DNA from: an uncultured SAR86 cluster bacterium
GTDB lineage: Bacteria > Pseudomonadota > Gammaproteobacteria > Magnimaribacterales > D2472
Length of the DNA stretch: 64,000 nucleotides
Assembly (NCBI GenBank): GCA_902626385.1
Contig: CACOEZ010000003.1
Coordinates: forward strand, 53,148-117,147
Direction: 5' to 3'
How positions within the stretch are numbered: the stretch's first letter is position 1; each line of letters starts with the position of its first letter. Shown here one piece after another: positions 30,380-40,566 of the stretch. Under the pieces are notes generated by a model. The model saw nothing but the letters and a program-made list of their open reading frames with translations, did not search any database and was not told the origin of the DNA. The translations under genes and the position numbers were made by a program.

Positions 30380-30387
30380 ATATTTAT

Positions 30388-30464
30388 TGGTGGCTATGGG
30401 TGGAATTGAACCACCGACCCCAGCGTTATGAGTGCTGTGCTCTAACCATCTGAGCTACATAGCC
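30388..30464 (-). tRNA. tRNA-Met, elongator type (anticodon CAU), CCA encoded
   Basis: The reverse complement GGCTATGTAGCTCAGATGGTTAGAGCACAGCACTCATAACGCTGGGGTCGGTGGTTCAATTCCACCCATAGCCACCA closely resembles elongator tRNA-Met. A lysidine-modified tRNA-Ile2 cannot be strictly excluded from sequence alone. Confidence 0.85.
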
Positions 30465-30473
30465 AATCGTTGA

Positions 30474-30501
30474 ATGATAAGCTGAAAAATATAAGAGTCA
30501 A
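30474..30501 (-). promoter_or_regulatory. putative sigma70 promoter for tRNA-Met
   Basis: On the minus strand: TTGACT (complement of 30496-501), a 16-nt spacer and TATCAT (complement of 30474-79). It lies 9 nt upstream of the mature tRNA 5' end. Confidence 0.5.
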
Positions 30502-30516
30502 TATTTTTTTATTTCC

Positions 30517-31605
30517 TTACACATTAAATTTGAAATGTATTATATCTCCATCTTTTACAAGATAATCCTTGCCCTCTAAACGCATCTTGCCATTTTCTTT
30601 TGCTCCAAGCTCACCGTTATTTTTAATAAAGTCATTAAAATCTATCACTTCTGCTTTAATAAAACCTTTTTCAAAATCTGTATGAATTACGCCTGCAGCA
30701 TTGGGAGCGGTAAAGCCATTTTTAATGGTCCATGCTCTAATTTCTGATGGACCTGCTGTAAAAAAGGTCTTGAGACCTAACAATTTATAACCTTCAAAAA
30801 TGATCTTGTTTATAACAGGTTCATCCATTTCAAGTAATTCAAGATACTCTAATTTTTCACTCTCACTTAGAGCAGAAATTTCTTGCTCTATTTTAATAGA
30901 AGCTGGAATTACAAATGTATTTAATTCCTCTGCAACCTTTTTAACTTCCTCTATATGTTTTTTTGATACATCACTATCATCGATGTTGCCAATAAAAAAA
31001 GTTGGCTTTGACGACAATAACTGAAAACTTTTAATTAATTTTATTTCTTCTTGATTGAAATTTTTAAGATCAATAAGACTACCATTTTCTAAGATATTCT
31101 TTAGATGCTGCAACATATCAAATTGAACTTTATTATCCTTATCATTTGTTTTTAAAAGTTTTTCACATTTAGAAATTCTCTTAGAAATAGTTTCAAGGTC
31201 TGCAAATATTAACTCTAAGTTTATAACTTCAATATCTCTTATTGGATTAACTGTGCCATCAACATGAGTAATGTTTTCATCATCAAAACATCTAACAACA
31301 TGCGCAAGTGCAGACATTTCTCTAATATTTGATAAAAACGAATTTCCCAAACCTTCTCCATCGGCAGCACCTTTAACAAGTCCAGCAATATCGACAAGGT
31401 CTAATGCTGCAGGAATAATCTTTTTTGTGTTAACAATCTTATTTAGCTCAATTAGTCTTTTGTCTGGCAGGGGCACTCGGCCAATATTTGGATCTATAGT
31501 GCAGAAAGGAAAATTTTCAGCTGGAATATCTGATTTGGTTAGAGCATTAAATAATGTTGATTTTCCTACATTTGGAAGTCCAATTATCCCGCATTTAAAT
31601 CCCAC
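30517..31605 (-). CDS. ychF: ribosome-binding ATPase YchF
   Basis: P-loop motif GLPNVGKSTLFNALT and a TGS-like C-terminus. It follows pth as in the canonical order. Confidence 0.95.
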   Translation of the reverse strand: MGFKCGIIGLPNVGKSTLFNALTKSDIPAENFPFCTIDPNIGRVPLPDKRLIELNKIVNTKKIIPAALDLVDIAGLVKGAADGEGLGNSFLSNIREMSALAHVVRCFDDENITHVDGTVNPIRDIEVINLELIFADLETISKRISKCEKLLKTNDKDNKVQFDMLQHLKNILENGSLIDLKNFNQEEIKLIKSFQLLSSKPTFFIGNIDDSDVSKKHIEEVKKVAEELNTFVIPASIKIEQEISALSESEKLEYLELLEMDEPVINKIIFEGYKLLGLKTFFTAGPSEIRAWTIKNGFTAPNAAGVIHTDFEKGFIKAEVIDFNDFIKNNGELGAKENGKMRLEGKDYLVKDGDIIHFKFNV

Positions 31606-31610
31606 AACAA

Positions 31611-32177
31611 TTATTCCGTATGGAGAAATTTTTGAGCTTCAGAAATTTTATTAGATTTAATTAATTCAAATACATCGACTAATTTAAAATAAGATTTTTC
31701 AAGTTCAATTTTTTCGTTTGGCGTAAATTTATTTAATACCCAATCAGTAACTTCATCCTTTGAGCCCGGATGCCCTATACCAACTCTGAGTCTATAAAAT
31801 TTTTCAGTACCGATTTTATTAATTATGTCCCTGATTCCATTATGGCCACCATGGCCGCCAGAATCTTTTAGTTTAATATTTCCAACTTCTAGATCTAGCT
31901 CATCGTGAATAATTAAAAAATTTTTAGGCTCAAGATTTGTTGACTTAATAATTTTTGAAACGGTCCTTCCAGAATTGTTCACATAATTAGAGGGTATTAC
32001 CCATAGAATATCTCCTGAAAGTGATTCTCCGATCTCAGCCTCAAACTTGGCTTTTTTTCTGAAATCTATTCTTTGATTTTTTGATAAACTTAGGATCCAA
32101 TCTTTACCAATATTATGTCGGGTATTATTATATTTAGTGTCCGGATTGCCTAATCCAACAATACAGAGCTTGTACAT
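31611..32177 (-). CDS. pth: peptidyl-tRNA hydrolase
   Basis: Motif VGLGNPDTKYNNTRHNIG. I prefer the ATG at 32177 (MYKLCIVGLGNP). The track ORF extension to 32285 overlaps rplY. Confidence 0.93.
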   Translation of the reverse strand: MYKLCIVGLGNPDTKYNNTRHNIGKDWILSLSKNQRIDFRKKAKFEAEIGESLSGDILWVIPSNYVNNSGRTVSKIIKSTNLEPKNFLIIHDELDLEVGNIKLKDSGGHGGHNGIRDIINKIGTEKFYRLRVGIGHPGSKDEVTDWVLNKFTPNEKIELEKSYFKLVDVFELIKSNKISEAQKFLHTE

Positions 32178-32181
32178 GAAA

Positions 32182-32898
32182 TTATCCCTCTTCGGGATTA
32201 TCTTTTTCAGCAGTTTCTTCAGTAGTTGCAGGTTCATCTCCAGTAGTCTCTTCAGATGTTTCCTCGCCCTCAGGTACTTCACCATCTTCTAATTCATCTT
32301 CAATTGGATCCTCTTCAACTGCTTTAGGCGCGTTAACAGAAACGACCATTTGATCAGTTTCATCAGATAATCCAGGTATTTCGGATCCTTCAGGTAATGA
32401 AATTTCGGTGAGTCTTAAAGATTCTCCAAGATGTAAATTTTCAATATCAACATCAATTGATTCAGGAATATTTCCTGCTAAGCACATAATTTCAATTTCT
32501 CTAATAGCTTTAGCTACAACGCCACCATCCTCTCTAATACCGACACATTCATCTTCGTTAACAAAATTCACAGGTATTACAACTTTAAGTTTCGTCTTCC
32601 TAGAAACTCTTTGAAAATCAGCATGAAGGAATTTACCTTTAGCCGGATCTTTTTGAAGTTCTTTTAAAACAACTTTTTCTTCGTTTTCACCAGTCTTTAT
32701 AAGAAGCACTTGAGTATAAAAAAGCTCATTTTCTGCAGCTTTTGTTAATTCATTTAGCTTTAATTTAATATTAAGAGTTTCTTTTTCATCTCCATAAACA
32801 ATCGCTGGAACCATTCCATCAATTTTTCGAATGACCCTGGCTTTATTTGATCCAGTTCTTTCTCTTGGATCAGCATTTAAAATTATTTGATCTGTCAT
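32182..32898 (-). CDS. rplY: 50S ribosomal protein L25 (Ctc form) with acidic C-terminal tail
   Basis: The N-terminus RERTGSNKARVIRKIDGMVPAIVYG is L25-like. The gene sits in the position between prs and pth. Confidence 0.9.
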   Translation of the reverse strand: MTDQIILNADPRERTGSNKARVIRKIDGMVPAIVYGDEKETLNIKLKLNELTKAAENELFYTQVLLIKTGENEEKVVLKELQKDPAKGKFLHADFQRVSRKTKLKVVIPVNFVNEDECVGIREDGGVVAKAIREIEIMCLAGNIPESIDVDIENLHLGESLRLTEISLPEGSEIPGLSDETDQMVVSVNAPKAVEEDPIEDELEDGEVPEGEETSEETTGDEPATTEETAEKDNPEEG

Positions 32899-32906
32899 AA
32901 TTATCT

Positions 32907-33863
32907 CTATAAAAACATTTCACTTAGTGATTCTTCATTGCTAAGTCTTTTGATACACTCAGCAATTATATTCGCAATTGAAATGACGCGTATTTTACTG
33001 CATTTTTTAGCTTCTTGGGACAATGGAATAGAATTTGTTACAACTAATTCATCTATAGCTGAGCTTTCAAGTCTCTCTATTGCTGGTCCAGATAAAACAG
33101 GATGAGTGATATATGCTTTTACAGCTTTTGCTCCATTTTCTTTTAAAGCATTTGCTGCATTACAAAGTGTCCCAGCTGTATCAATAATATCATCTGGCAC
33201 AATACAAACTTTTCCATCAATATCACCAATTATGTTCATTACTTCAGATTGATTTGCTGCAGCTCTTCTTTTATCAATTATTGCCAAATCAGTGTCGTCA
33301 AGTAATTTTGCTAAAGCTCTTGCTCTTACTACACCGCCCACATCCGGAGATACTACGACAACTTCATTCCTCTCATTATTATCTTTGATATCGTCGACCA
33401 TAAACTTAGTTGCGTAAACATTATCTGCAGGCATATCGAAAAAACCTTGAATAGTCTCAGAGTGCAGATCAATTGTTAGAACTCTATCTATTCCAACAGA
33501 AGCAAACATATCAGCTACTACTTTTGCACTTATAGGCACTCTAGCTGATCTCACTCTTCTATCTTGTCTTGCATATCCATAATAGGGAACAACGGCAGTA
33601 ATTTTTGATGCAGATGATCTTTTTAGTGCATCAGCAATCAACATGATTTCCATAACATTTTTATTTGTTGGAGCACACGTAGACTGAATTATAAAAGTAT
33701 CATGACCTCTTACATTTCCTTGTATTTCAACTTTAAGCTCACCGTCAGAGAAATAGCCAACATCTGCTGGTGCAATTGCAATTCCAAGTATTTTTGATAC
33801 CTCTGAAGCTAATTCAGGATTTGAAGTTCCTGTGAAAATGTCCAATCCGTTATTATTTTTCAT
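32907..33863 (-). CDS. prs: ribose-phosphate pyrophosphokinase
   Basis: Motifs [11 protein letters not shown] and [14 protein letters not shown]. The ATG at 33863 has a GGGGA Shine-Dalgarno. The track start at 33875 is a TTG. Confidence 0.95.
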   Translation of the reverse strand: MKNNNGLDIFTGTSNPELASEVSKILGIAIAPADVGYFSDGELKVEIQGNVRGHDTFIIQSTCAPTNKNVMEIMLIADALKRSSASKITAVVPYYGYARQDRRVRSARVPISAKVVADMFASVGIDRVLTIDLHSETIQGFFDMPADNVYATKFMVDDIKDNNERNEVVVVSPDVGGVVRARALAKLLDDTDLAIIDKRRAAANQSEVMNIIGDIDGKVCIVPDDIIDTAGTLCNAANALKENGAKAVKAYITHPVLSGPAIERLESSAIDELVVTNSIPLSQEAKKCSKIRVISIANIIAECIKRLSNEESLSEMFL

Positions 33864-33891
33864 AATTTTCCCCAAGATCTATTATAAAACA

Positions 33892-33966
33892 TGGCTGGGG
33901 TGGTAGGATTCGAACCTACGCATGACGGGATCAAAACCCGTTGCCTTACCGCTTGGCGACACCCCA
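33892..33966 (-). tRNA. tRNA-Gln (anticodon UUG), CCA encoded
   Basis: The reverse complement is TGGGGTGTCGCCAAGCGGTAAGGCAACGGGTTTTGATCCCGTCATGCGTAGGTTCGAATCCTACCACCCCAGCCA. It lies between ispE and prs as I recall for Pseudomonas. Confidence 0.92.
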
Positions 33967-33972
33967 AAGCTC

Positions 33973-34785
33973 TTAGATATAACATATCGGCGAATATTGT
34001 AATGGTTTACAGAAAAAGAGTCTCCAATTAGTTGGTATTTTTTTTAAAATTTTATCAATTTCATTTTTTTTGTTGAACCTTAAATATATACAAGAACCGC
34101 TTCCAGAAAGATTTAATTCATAGTCTTGTGAGTAACTATAATAAAATTCTTCAACTTGCTTACTTCGGGAAATATAAGCATCCCAAAAATCATTTTGATC
34201 TGAGTTAACACTTAATTTATTTTTTATTCTAAGAATATCAAGTTCATCAAACATTTCTTTTGTAGAATTCTGTATATCTGGACAAATCAAAAGCAAATTT
34301 TCTTCAATAGACTCTGTAAATTCTAATTTTTCACCTATTCCTTTACCAATTGAATTTTTTCCATATATGAAAAGTGGAACGTCTGCTCCGATATTTTTTG
34401 CTATGTCAAACATATCTTTTTTTTCAAGACTTAGATTCCATAGCTTATTAAGCGCAACAATTGTTGTTGCTGCATTTGAACTTCCTCCACCAAGACCCGC
34501 ACCTAGAGGTATATTTTTCTTAATATTAATTTTAGCTCCATCAGAGACATTAAACATTTTTTTAAGCTTTTCAGCAGACTTATAAATCGTATTATCAGTT
34601 CCTCTTAACAATTCCTCATCTGATTCAATTACAATATCCGTATCACAAATTTCAAAAGTCATTTGGTCACTTAAATCAATCAGTTGAAAAGATGTCTCAA
34701 TTTCATGATATCCATCATTTCTCTTGCTACCTACTTTTAGAAAAAGATTTAACTTAGAAGGACATTCAGTTTTTATCATACTCAT
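33973..34785 (-). CDS. ispE: 4-diphosphocytidyl-2-C-methyl-D-erythritol kinase
   Basis: GHMP kinase motif PLGAGLGGGSSNAA, in lolB-ispE-prs synteny. Confidence 0.9.
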   Translation of the reverse strand: MSMIKTECPSKLNLFLKVGSKRNDGYHEIETSFQLIDLSDQMTFEICDTDIVIESDEELLRGTDNTIYKSAEKLKKMFNVSDGAKINIKKNIPLGAGLGGGSSNAATTIVALNKLWNLSLEKKDMFDIAKNIGADVPLFIYGKNSIGKGIGEKLEFTESIEENLLLICPDIQNSTKEMFDELDILRIKNKLSVNSDQNDFWDAYISRSKQVEEFYYSYSQDYELNLSGSGSCIYLRFNKKNEIDKILKKIPTNWRLFFCKPLQYSPICYI

Positions 34786-35264
34786 TGCCTTATTAAAAAA
34801 CCCTCAATATAAAACTCATTATATTCAATTATTATGTTTGTATTATCTTTGTTTTTGTTACAAAGAAATTTAAAGCTAAGATCTTCAGTTGATTTAAATA
34901 TATTAAAATCCTTTGAGAACAAACATTGTGTTAGCCAATATCTAAAGTTTCGATCAATATAATCAGGTATATAAAATTGCTCATCATATTGAGTAGAGAA
35001 AAAAGAGGCCTTTTCCCCCTGAATAAGCTCAATTTTTAATACATTTCCATAAAATGTTCTCTTAATCTGTATAATAGATGAGTTTTTATAGATACTTACG
35101 TTAATATTAAAAGATAATGATTCAGAATTTTTCTCGTTTATTATTGCTTTTCCTTTAAACTGCGAAGTATTTTTATCATCGATGACACTTGTACATGACG
35201 AAAATGAGACAATAACAAAAATATAACAAAATATTATTGAAATGGAACTACAACTTTTTGGCAT
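34782..35264 (-). CDS. lolB: outer-membrane lipoprotein LolB (by position; short)
   Basis: It has a signal peptide with a lipobox-like FSSC, and it is divergent from hemA and upstream of ispE as in the canonical order. Sequence similarity cannot be judged by eye. Confidence 0.6.
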   Translation of the reverse strand: MPKSCSSISIIFCYIFVIVSFSSCTSVIDDKNTSQFKGKAIINEKNSESLSFNINVSIYKNSSIIQIKRTFYGNVLKIELIQGEKASFFSTQYDEQFYIPDYIDRNFRYWLTQCLFSKDFNIFKSTEDLSFKFLCNKNKDNTNIIIEYNEFYIEGFLIRQ

Positions 35265-36474
35265 AAATCACAAGACCTCAAATGTCTCTGAAAGAGAAAA
35301 GTTTATTATAAATGAGTCCAATCAAATTTTATTAGATAATCATTTAAAAGAATTTTTTAAACAAGACATTGAATCTTTTTATGGAATTTCTACTTGCAAT
35401 AGAACCGAAATTTATTTTATTGGCAAAAAAAATATTGGAAAAAGTGTTTTAAAGGAAGTTTTTAAAGTACTAAAGATAAGTGATGTACCATTAAAAAGTT
35501 TTTATTTTTTAGACAATCATGATGCTCTCGTTCACATGAGCAAGGTTGCATCAGGAATAGATTCACAAGTTCTTGGAGAGCAGGAAATATTTGGTCAGTT
35601 TAAATCTGCTTTTAAAAAGGCAAAAGATATTGGTATTGTTGGTAGAAATTTAGCTTTTTTATCAGATAAAGTTATTGAGATTTCAAAAAAAGCAAGAACA
35701 GAAACTAATATAGGACTAAATTCTTTATCTGTAAGCGGATTAGCCCTTAAGCTTGTAAAAAATATTTTTGAAAATCCAAACGAACAAAATGTACTAGTTG
35801 TTGGTGCAGGATCATTAGCGCAGAGCGTCATTGATAATCTTTATAAAAAGGGAATAAACAACATTAAGTCTGTAAATAGGACAGTTCGTAAGATTAAGCT
35901 GGATGATAATTATGAAATATTATCCTCCTCCCTAGAATCTTTGCACGATCAATTAGAGATAGCAGATATAGTTATTGCATCTTCTTCAACTGATCTCCCT
36001 TTAATCGGAAAAGGCGCGATAGAGAATGCTCTAAAGATAAGGAAAAATAAACCGATGCTTCTTATTGATTTGGGAGTGCCTAGAAACATCGAAGAGGAAA
36101 TAAGAAATATTGAACAAGCATATCTTTTCTCTATTGATGATATAGAAAAAATTACACAAGATAACTATGGCCAACGCTCCATTGAAGCCGAAAAAGCTAT
36201 GAATATAATTGTTCTTCAAGCTCAGGCAGCTTTAGATTCATTTATCAATAAAGCTTCGAAGGATAATATTAATATTCAGCTTGAAGCATTCTTAAAAAGT
36301 TTATCAATAGAAGAAGTTAGTCAGTTCAAACAGTCAAAAGACTTTTCTGAACTAGTAAAAGCTATAAAGACCATGAAAATTAGTGATAAAGATTTAAATA
36401 ATTTTAAGGATATAAAGAATATTGACGATCATATTATTGAGTCTATGATCAAAAATTTTTTTGATAATGCATGA
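35242..36474 (+). CDS. hemA: glutamyl-tRNA reductase
   Basis: The N-terminus [21 protein letters not shown] and the catalytic STCNRTEIY motif are present. Confidence 0.93.
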   Translation: MELQLFGINHKTSNVSEREKFIINESNQILLDNHLKEFFKQDIESFYGISTCNRTEIYFIGKKNIGKSVLKEVFKVLKISDVPLKSFYFLDNHDALVHMSKVASGIDSQVLGEQEIFGQFKSAFKKAKDIGIVGRNLAFLSDKVIEISKKARTETNIGLNSLSVSGLALKLVKNIFENPNEQNVLVVGAGSLAQSVIDNLYKKGINNIKSVNRTVRKIKLDDNYEILSSSLESLHDQLEIADIVIASSSTDLPLIGKGAIENALKIRKNKPMLLIDLGVPRNIEEEIRNIEQAYLFSIDDIEKITQDNYGQRSIEAEKAMNIIVLQAQAALDSFINKASKDNINIQLEAFLKSLSIEEVSQFKQSKDFSELVKAIKTMKISDKDLNNFKDIKNIDDHIIESMIKNFFDNA

Positions 36475-37552
36475 CTCAATGCTCAAGAAGCTAGATCAGC
36501 TTCAAAATAGGATTAGTGAAATCGAAAGCCTATTAGTTGATTCTGAAACAGTTAAAGATATTGATAAATATACCCAGTTAAATAAAGAATTTTCAGAACT
36601 AAAACCTATCGTCGAAAAATTTCACGAATATAATGAGGTTATAGAAAGTATTAAAGATGCCAATGAAATTCTTAATTCCGATGATGAAGATCTTAAAATA
36701 CTTGCAGAAGACGATTTAAAGAAATTTTCAGATAAACCAGAAATTCTCGAGCAAGAATTAAAGTTAATGCTTCTTCCAAAAGATTCTGCAGATGATGGTT
36801 CTGCTTATCTAGAAATTAGAGCTGGAGCAGGGGGAGATGAGGCAAGTATTTTTGCTGGTGATTTATTTAGGATGTATTCCCGATTAGTTGAAAGAGAAGG
36901 ATGGAATCTTGAAATAATTGACATAAAACCTTCTGAGCAAGGTGGCTTAAAAGAAGTTGTTGCAAAGTTAAATGGTAAGAGCGTATTCAAGGTACTTAAA
37001 TTTGAATCAGGCGTTCATAGGGTTCAAAGAGTGCCAGAGACGGAGTCACAAGGAAGAATTCATACATCTACTTGTACAGTTGCCATTTTGCCTGAGGTAG
37101 AGGAAGTTAAAGATATTAATATTGATAAAAATGATTTAAGAGTTGATACCTTTAGGGCCTCTGGTGCTGGAGGCCAGCATGTAAATAAAACTGATTCTGC
37201 TGTTCGTCTAACTCATATTCCCACAGGATTAGTAGTTGAGTGTCAAGACGGCAGATCTCAACATAAAAATAAAGAAAAAGCACTTTCCCTCTTGGCAGCT
37301 AAACTAAAGCAGCAAGAGATTGACAGCCAACAAGAGACTATTGCTAGCGAGAGAAAAATTCTCGTTGGCACTGGAGACAGAAGTGAGAAGATAAGGACAT
37401 ACAACTTCCCTCAAGGCAGAATGACAGATCATAGGATTAAACTTACTCAGCATAATTTAGATCAAATTATGGATGGTGACATAAAAACAATTTGTGATGC
37501 TCTTCTTGCAGAAAATCAGCTAGCTATGCTTTCACAACTCGAATCCGAATAA
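36467..37552 (+). CDS. prfA: peptide chain release factor 1
   Basis: GGQ motif ([10 protein letters not shown]) and an RF1-type PxT tripeptide (PET). I prefer the ATG at 36467, which gives an N-terminus the same length as E. coli RF1. The track start at 36461 is a TTG. Confidence 0.96.
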   Translation: MHDSMLKKLDQLQNRISEIESLLVDSETVKDIDKYTQLNKEFSELKPIVEKFHEYNEVIESIKDANEILNSDDEDLKILAEDDLKKFSDKPEILEQELKLMLLPKDSADDGSAYLEIRAGAGGDEASIFAGDLFRMYSRLVEREGWNLEIIDIKPSEQGGLKEVVAKLNGKSVFKVLKFESGVHRVQRVPETESQGRIHTSTCTVAILPEVEEVKDINIDKNDLRVDTFRASGAGGQHVNKTDSAVRLTHIPTGLVVECQDGRSQHKNKEKALSLLAAKLKQQEIDSQQETIASERKILVGTGDRSEKIRTYNFPQGRMTDHRIKLTQHNLDQIMDGDIKTICDALLAENQLAMLSQLESE

Positions 37553-38368
37553 TTGAAAAATAAATTAAGCCATTATCAAAAAATGTTTTATAGCGATGAA
37601 GCGAAAAATGAATTTATTTATTACTTAAAAGAAAGTTTAGGTTTTAATTACAACGATATTTATCTTAATTCGGAACGTTTTTTAACTGAACAAGAAGAGA
37701 ATTTAATAAAAGACTTTAAAAAGAAAAAAGAAGAAGGTATGCCACTCGATTATATTTTAAATTCGAGTAAATTTTATGAAAATGATTTTTATATTGATGA
37801 TAGAGTATTAATCCCTAGACCAGAAACAGAGATATTAGTTGAATATGTAAACAATCACTTTTCATCCACACTGAAACTGCTAGATGTTGGAACAGGCTCA
37901 GGATGTATTGGAATCTCAATTGCTTTAAAAAATTTAAGTGCTACTGTTTATGGTTCTGACAATTCAATTGGTGCACTAGAAGTAGCCTCAATTAACAAAA
38001 GAAATCTGAATGCTGATAATTTTTTACTTATTCATGCGAACTGGTTATCATGTTTTGGGAATAAATCATTTGATCTTATAGTAAGCAATCCTCCATACAT
38101 TGATGAGAACGATGAGCATTTGAATGATTTAAAACATGAACCTTATAGTGCTTTGGTATCAAAAGATCATGGTTTAGGAGACATTAAAAAAATAGTTTCA
38201 CAGTCAACTTCAATTCTCAGAGAGGGAGGTGTTCTAATGATAGAACATGGTCATGATCAAGAATCTGAGGTTAAAAATATTTTTAGTACGAGTAACTTTT
38301 CAAATATATTATGCTTAAAAGATCTCAGCAGTATTCCAAGAATAACAATTGGGACTTTGAAGATTTAA
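37553..38368 (+). CDS. prmC: release factor glutamine N5-methyltransferase
   Basis: NPPY motif (VSNPPYI) and SAM-binding motif DVGTGSGCIG. It lies downstream of prfA and has a TTG start. Confidence 0.9.
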   Translation: MKNKLSHYQKMFYSDEAKNEFIYYLKESLGFNYNDIYLNSERFLTEQEENLIKDFKKKKEEGMPLDYILNSSKFYENDFYIDDRVLIPRPETEILVEYVNNHFSSTLKLLDVGTGSGCIGISIALKNLSATVYGSDNSIGALEVASINKRNLNADNFLLIHANWLSCFGNKSFDLIVSNPPYIDENDEHLNDLKHEPYSALVSKDHGLGDIKKIVSQSTSILREGGVLMIEHGHDQESEVKNIFSTSNFSNILCLKDLSSIPRITIGTLKI

Positions 38369-38369
38369 T

Positions 38370-39827
38370 TTAAGTACCACAGAAAGTAGTATATGGCTGA
38401 TTATAGTCAGATGAAAAATAGTACCTTGAATCAATTTTTTGTTTTTTATAAGGCATTTTTAAGTATTCACTCATTATTTCTATTTCAGACATATTCCCAT
38501 TTATCGCCTCTTTAAGAGCATTCTCAATAATATAATTTCTTGGAATATAGCATGGGTTATATCCGTCCATATGTTCAGAAACTATGTCTTTAGGGACATT
38601 TTTAATATTTACAGTGTTAGAAAAATCTTCGTACCATTTATCAAAAACCTTGACCCTTTTAAAAATTGATTCAGAAACTTTGATTTTATTAGAATGAATC
38701 ATTGAGAGGTCTCTGAAAGATATCGTGTAATCAATATTTTCAGTTTTTAAAATATCTAAATATTTATCAATTAGTCTTATGATTTTTTCATTAACATCTT
38801 TTATGCCTAACTTAATTGACATCTCTGTATAGAAATATTCTTCATAGGTTGGCATTGCTAGATTAAGAACTTCCGAGAGATCTTTTACAGCCTTATCAAT
38901 ATTTTCATTTACTAAAGGAATAAAAGTTTCTGCTAGCTTTGTTAAATTCCATATCAAGATTGCCGGCTGATTTTTGTATGAATATCTTCCATATTTATCA
39001 ATTGAACTGTAATAGATATTAGGATCATATCTATCCATAAAAGCACATGGACCATAATCAATGGTTTCACCAGATACTGTCATATTATCTGTATTCATTA
39101 CACCATGAACAAAACCTATACTCATCCACTTTGAAATTAAATAAGATTGTTTATCGCAAATTGCTGCAAAAAGACTTAAATACTTATTATTAACATTAGA
39201 TAGCTCAGGATAATGTCTTTTTAAGGTGTAATCGGCGAGAAGTTTTAAACTTTCAGGCTTAAAGTTATATACGTACTCAAAAGTACCAATTCTAATATGA
39301 CTTTTTGCAACCCTTGTAAGAATACCTCCCGGTATTTCTTTTTCTCTATAAACAGTTTCATTTGATTTAATTGCTAACAAAGATCTAGTAGTAGGAATAT
39401 TGATTGAGTTCATGAATTCACTTATTAAATATTCTCTCAAAACCGGACCTAAAGCTGATTTTCCATCTCCATTCTTTGAAAAAGGTGTTTGACCACTTCC
39501 CTTTAACTGAATATCTTTGTTATTAATTTCACCCAATAAAATTGCTCTTCCATCACCCATATTTGGATTGAAATTTCCGTATTGATGTCCAGAATACGCT
39601 TGAGCTATAGGAATTGAACTATCTGAAATGGCGCATCCAGAAAATATATCCAAACACTGTTTAGAATCTAAAAATGATTTGTTTATTCCCAATTCCTCTG
39701 CTAGTTCATAATTCTTTAAAAGAACTTTTGATTTTTCAAAAGGAGAAGGGAAGCATCTTTCACATAAACTTTGGAGCTCATCTGCATAAGAATTCTTAAA
39801 AAAAATATTATTTGAAGATTTGTTCAC
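38370..39827 (-). CDS. selO: protein adenylyltransferase SelO (YdiU/UPF0061 family)
   Basis: 485-aa ORF with the motifs AQAYSGHQYGNF..MGDGRAILLGE and HGVMNTDNM, which are typical of SelO pseudokinase-fold AMPylases. Confidence 0.9.
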   Translation of the reverse strand: MNKSSNNIFFKNSYADELQSLCERCFPSPFEKSKVLLKNYELAEELGINKSFLDSKQCLDIFSGCAISDSSIPIAQAYSGHQYGNFNPNMGDGRAILLGEINNKDIQLKGSGQTPFSKNGDGKSALGPVLREYLISEFMNSINIPTTRSLLAIKSNETVYREKEIPGGILTRVAKSHIRIGTFEYVYNFKPESLKLLADYTLKRHYPELSNVNNKYLSLFAAICDKQSYLISKWMSIGFVHGVMNTDNMTVSGETIDYGPCAFMDRYDPNIYYSSIDKYGRYSYKNQPAILIWNLTKLAETFIPLVNENIDKAVKDLSEVLNLAMPTYEEYFYTEMSIKLGIKDVNEKIIRLIDKYLDILKTENIDYTISFRDLSMIHSNKIKVSESIFKRVKVFDKWYEDFSNTVNIKNVPKDIVSEHMDGYNPCYIPRNYIIENALKEAINGNMSEIEIMSEYLKMPYKKQKIDSRYYFSSDYNQPYTTFCGT

Positions 39828-39832
39828 AGATT

Positions 39833-40498
39833 TTATTCAATAAATGAAACAAAAGAATCTAAATTTTCTCTTCTTGTTCTATATTGATTTATTGGTTTTG
39901 AAGAATCTTCATATCCAATAGCAATACCACACCATACAATCTCATTATCAGGATGTTTTATAAATTCTTTTACTGTTTTAGGATATATTGACCATGATTC
40001 TTGTAAGCACATGGCTAGTCCTTGATCGATTGCGCTAAGCCACAGATTTTCAAGGAACATTCCAACATGCCCCCATCCATTTTTGCCAAAAGATCTATCT
40101 ATTGTAATTATCATTCCAAGTGGGGCGCCAAAAAAATTATAATTTTCTCTTATTTGGTTGAAGCGAGAATCTAAATCATCCTTTTCTATTGAAAGCGCTC
40201 TATACATGTCAGCACCACACTCATATCTTCTTTTTTTATATTCATCTGCCAAAGGTTTTGGATAGATGTCATATTCGATTTCTTCTTGAACCCCATTATC
40301 AAAGTTATATAAAGTCTTATCAGATAATCCTTTTTTTGCTTTTTCACTTAATACATAAACTTTCCATGGTTGGATATTTCCACCCGATGGAGCAGTACCC
40401 GCAGTTTTTAATATTTCTTTAATTGTTTCTATCTTTGGGACTTTTTCAGTAAAAGCTCTAACTGAAAACCTCTTTTCTATTGCTTCTCTAATATTCAT
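39833..40498 (-). CDS. nitroreductase family protein
   Basis: Motifs RFSVRAF and APSGGNIQPW. I prefer the ATG at 40498. The track start at 40513 is a TTG. The gene ends 5 nt upstream of selO on the same strand. Confidence 0.85.
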   Translation of the reverse strand: MNIREAIEKRFSVRAFTEKVPKIETIKEILKTAGTAPSGGNIQPWKVYVLSEKAKKGLSDKTLYNFDNGVQEEIEYDIYPKPLADEYKKRRYECGADMYRALSIEKDDLDSRFNQIRENYNFFGAPLGMIITIDRSFGKNGWGHVGMFLENLWLSAIDQGLAMCLQESWSIYPKTVKEFIKHPDNEIVWCGIAIGYEDSSKPINQYRTRRENLDSFVSFIE

Positions 40499-40566
40499 AA
40501 TTTTTGTTATCAAATAATCTTGGTTCTTATATAATTTATATCAAACATCTTAAGGGAGCAATTCAA

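Noticed and set aside
29724-30464. The idea that the two small genes are a remnant of an element integrated at the 3' end of tRNA-Met.
   Set aside because: There is no integrase, no phage or plasmid genes, and I could find no direct repeat of the tRNA 3' end in 29724-29875. The higher local G+C is explained by the Gly/Ala/Val-rich coding sequence.
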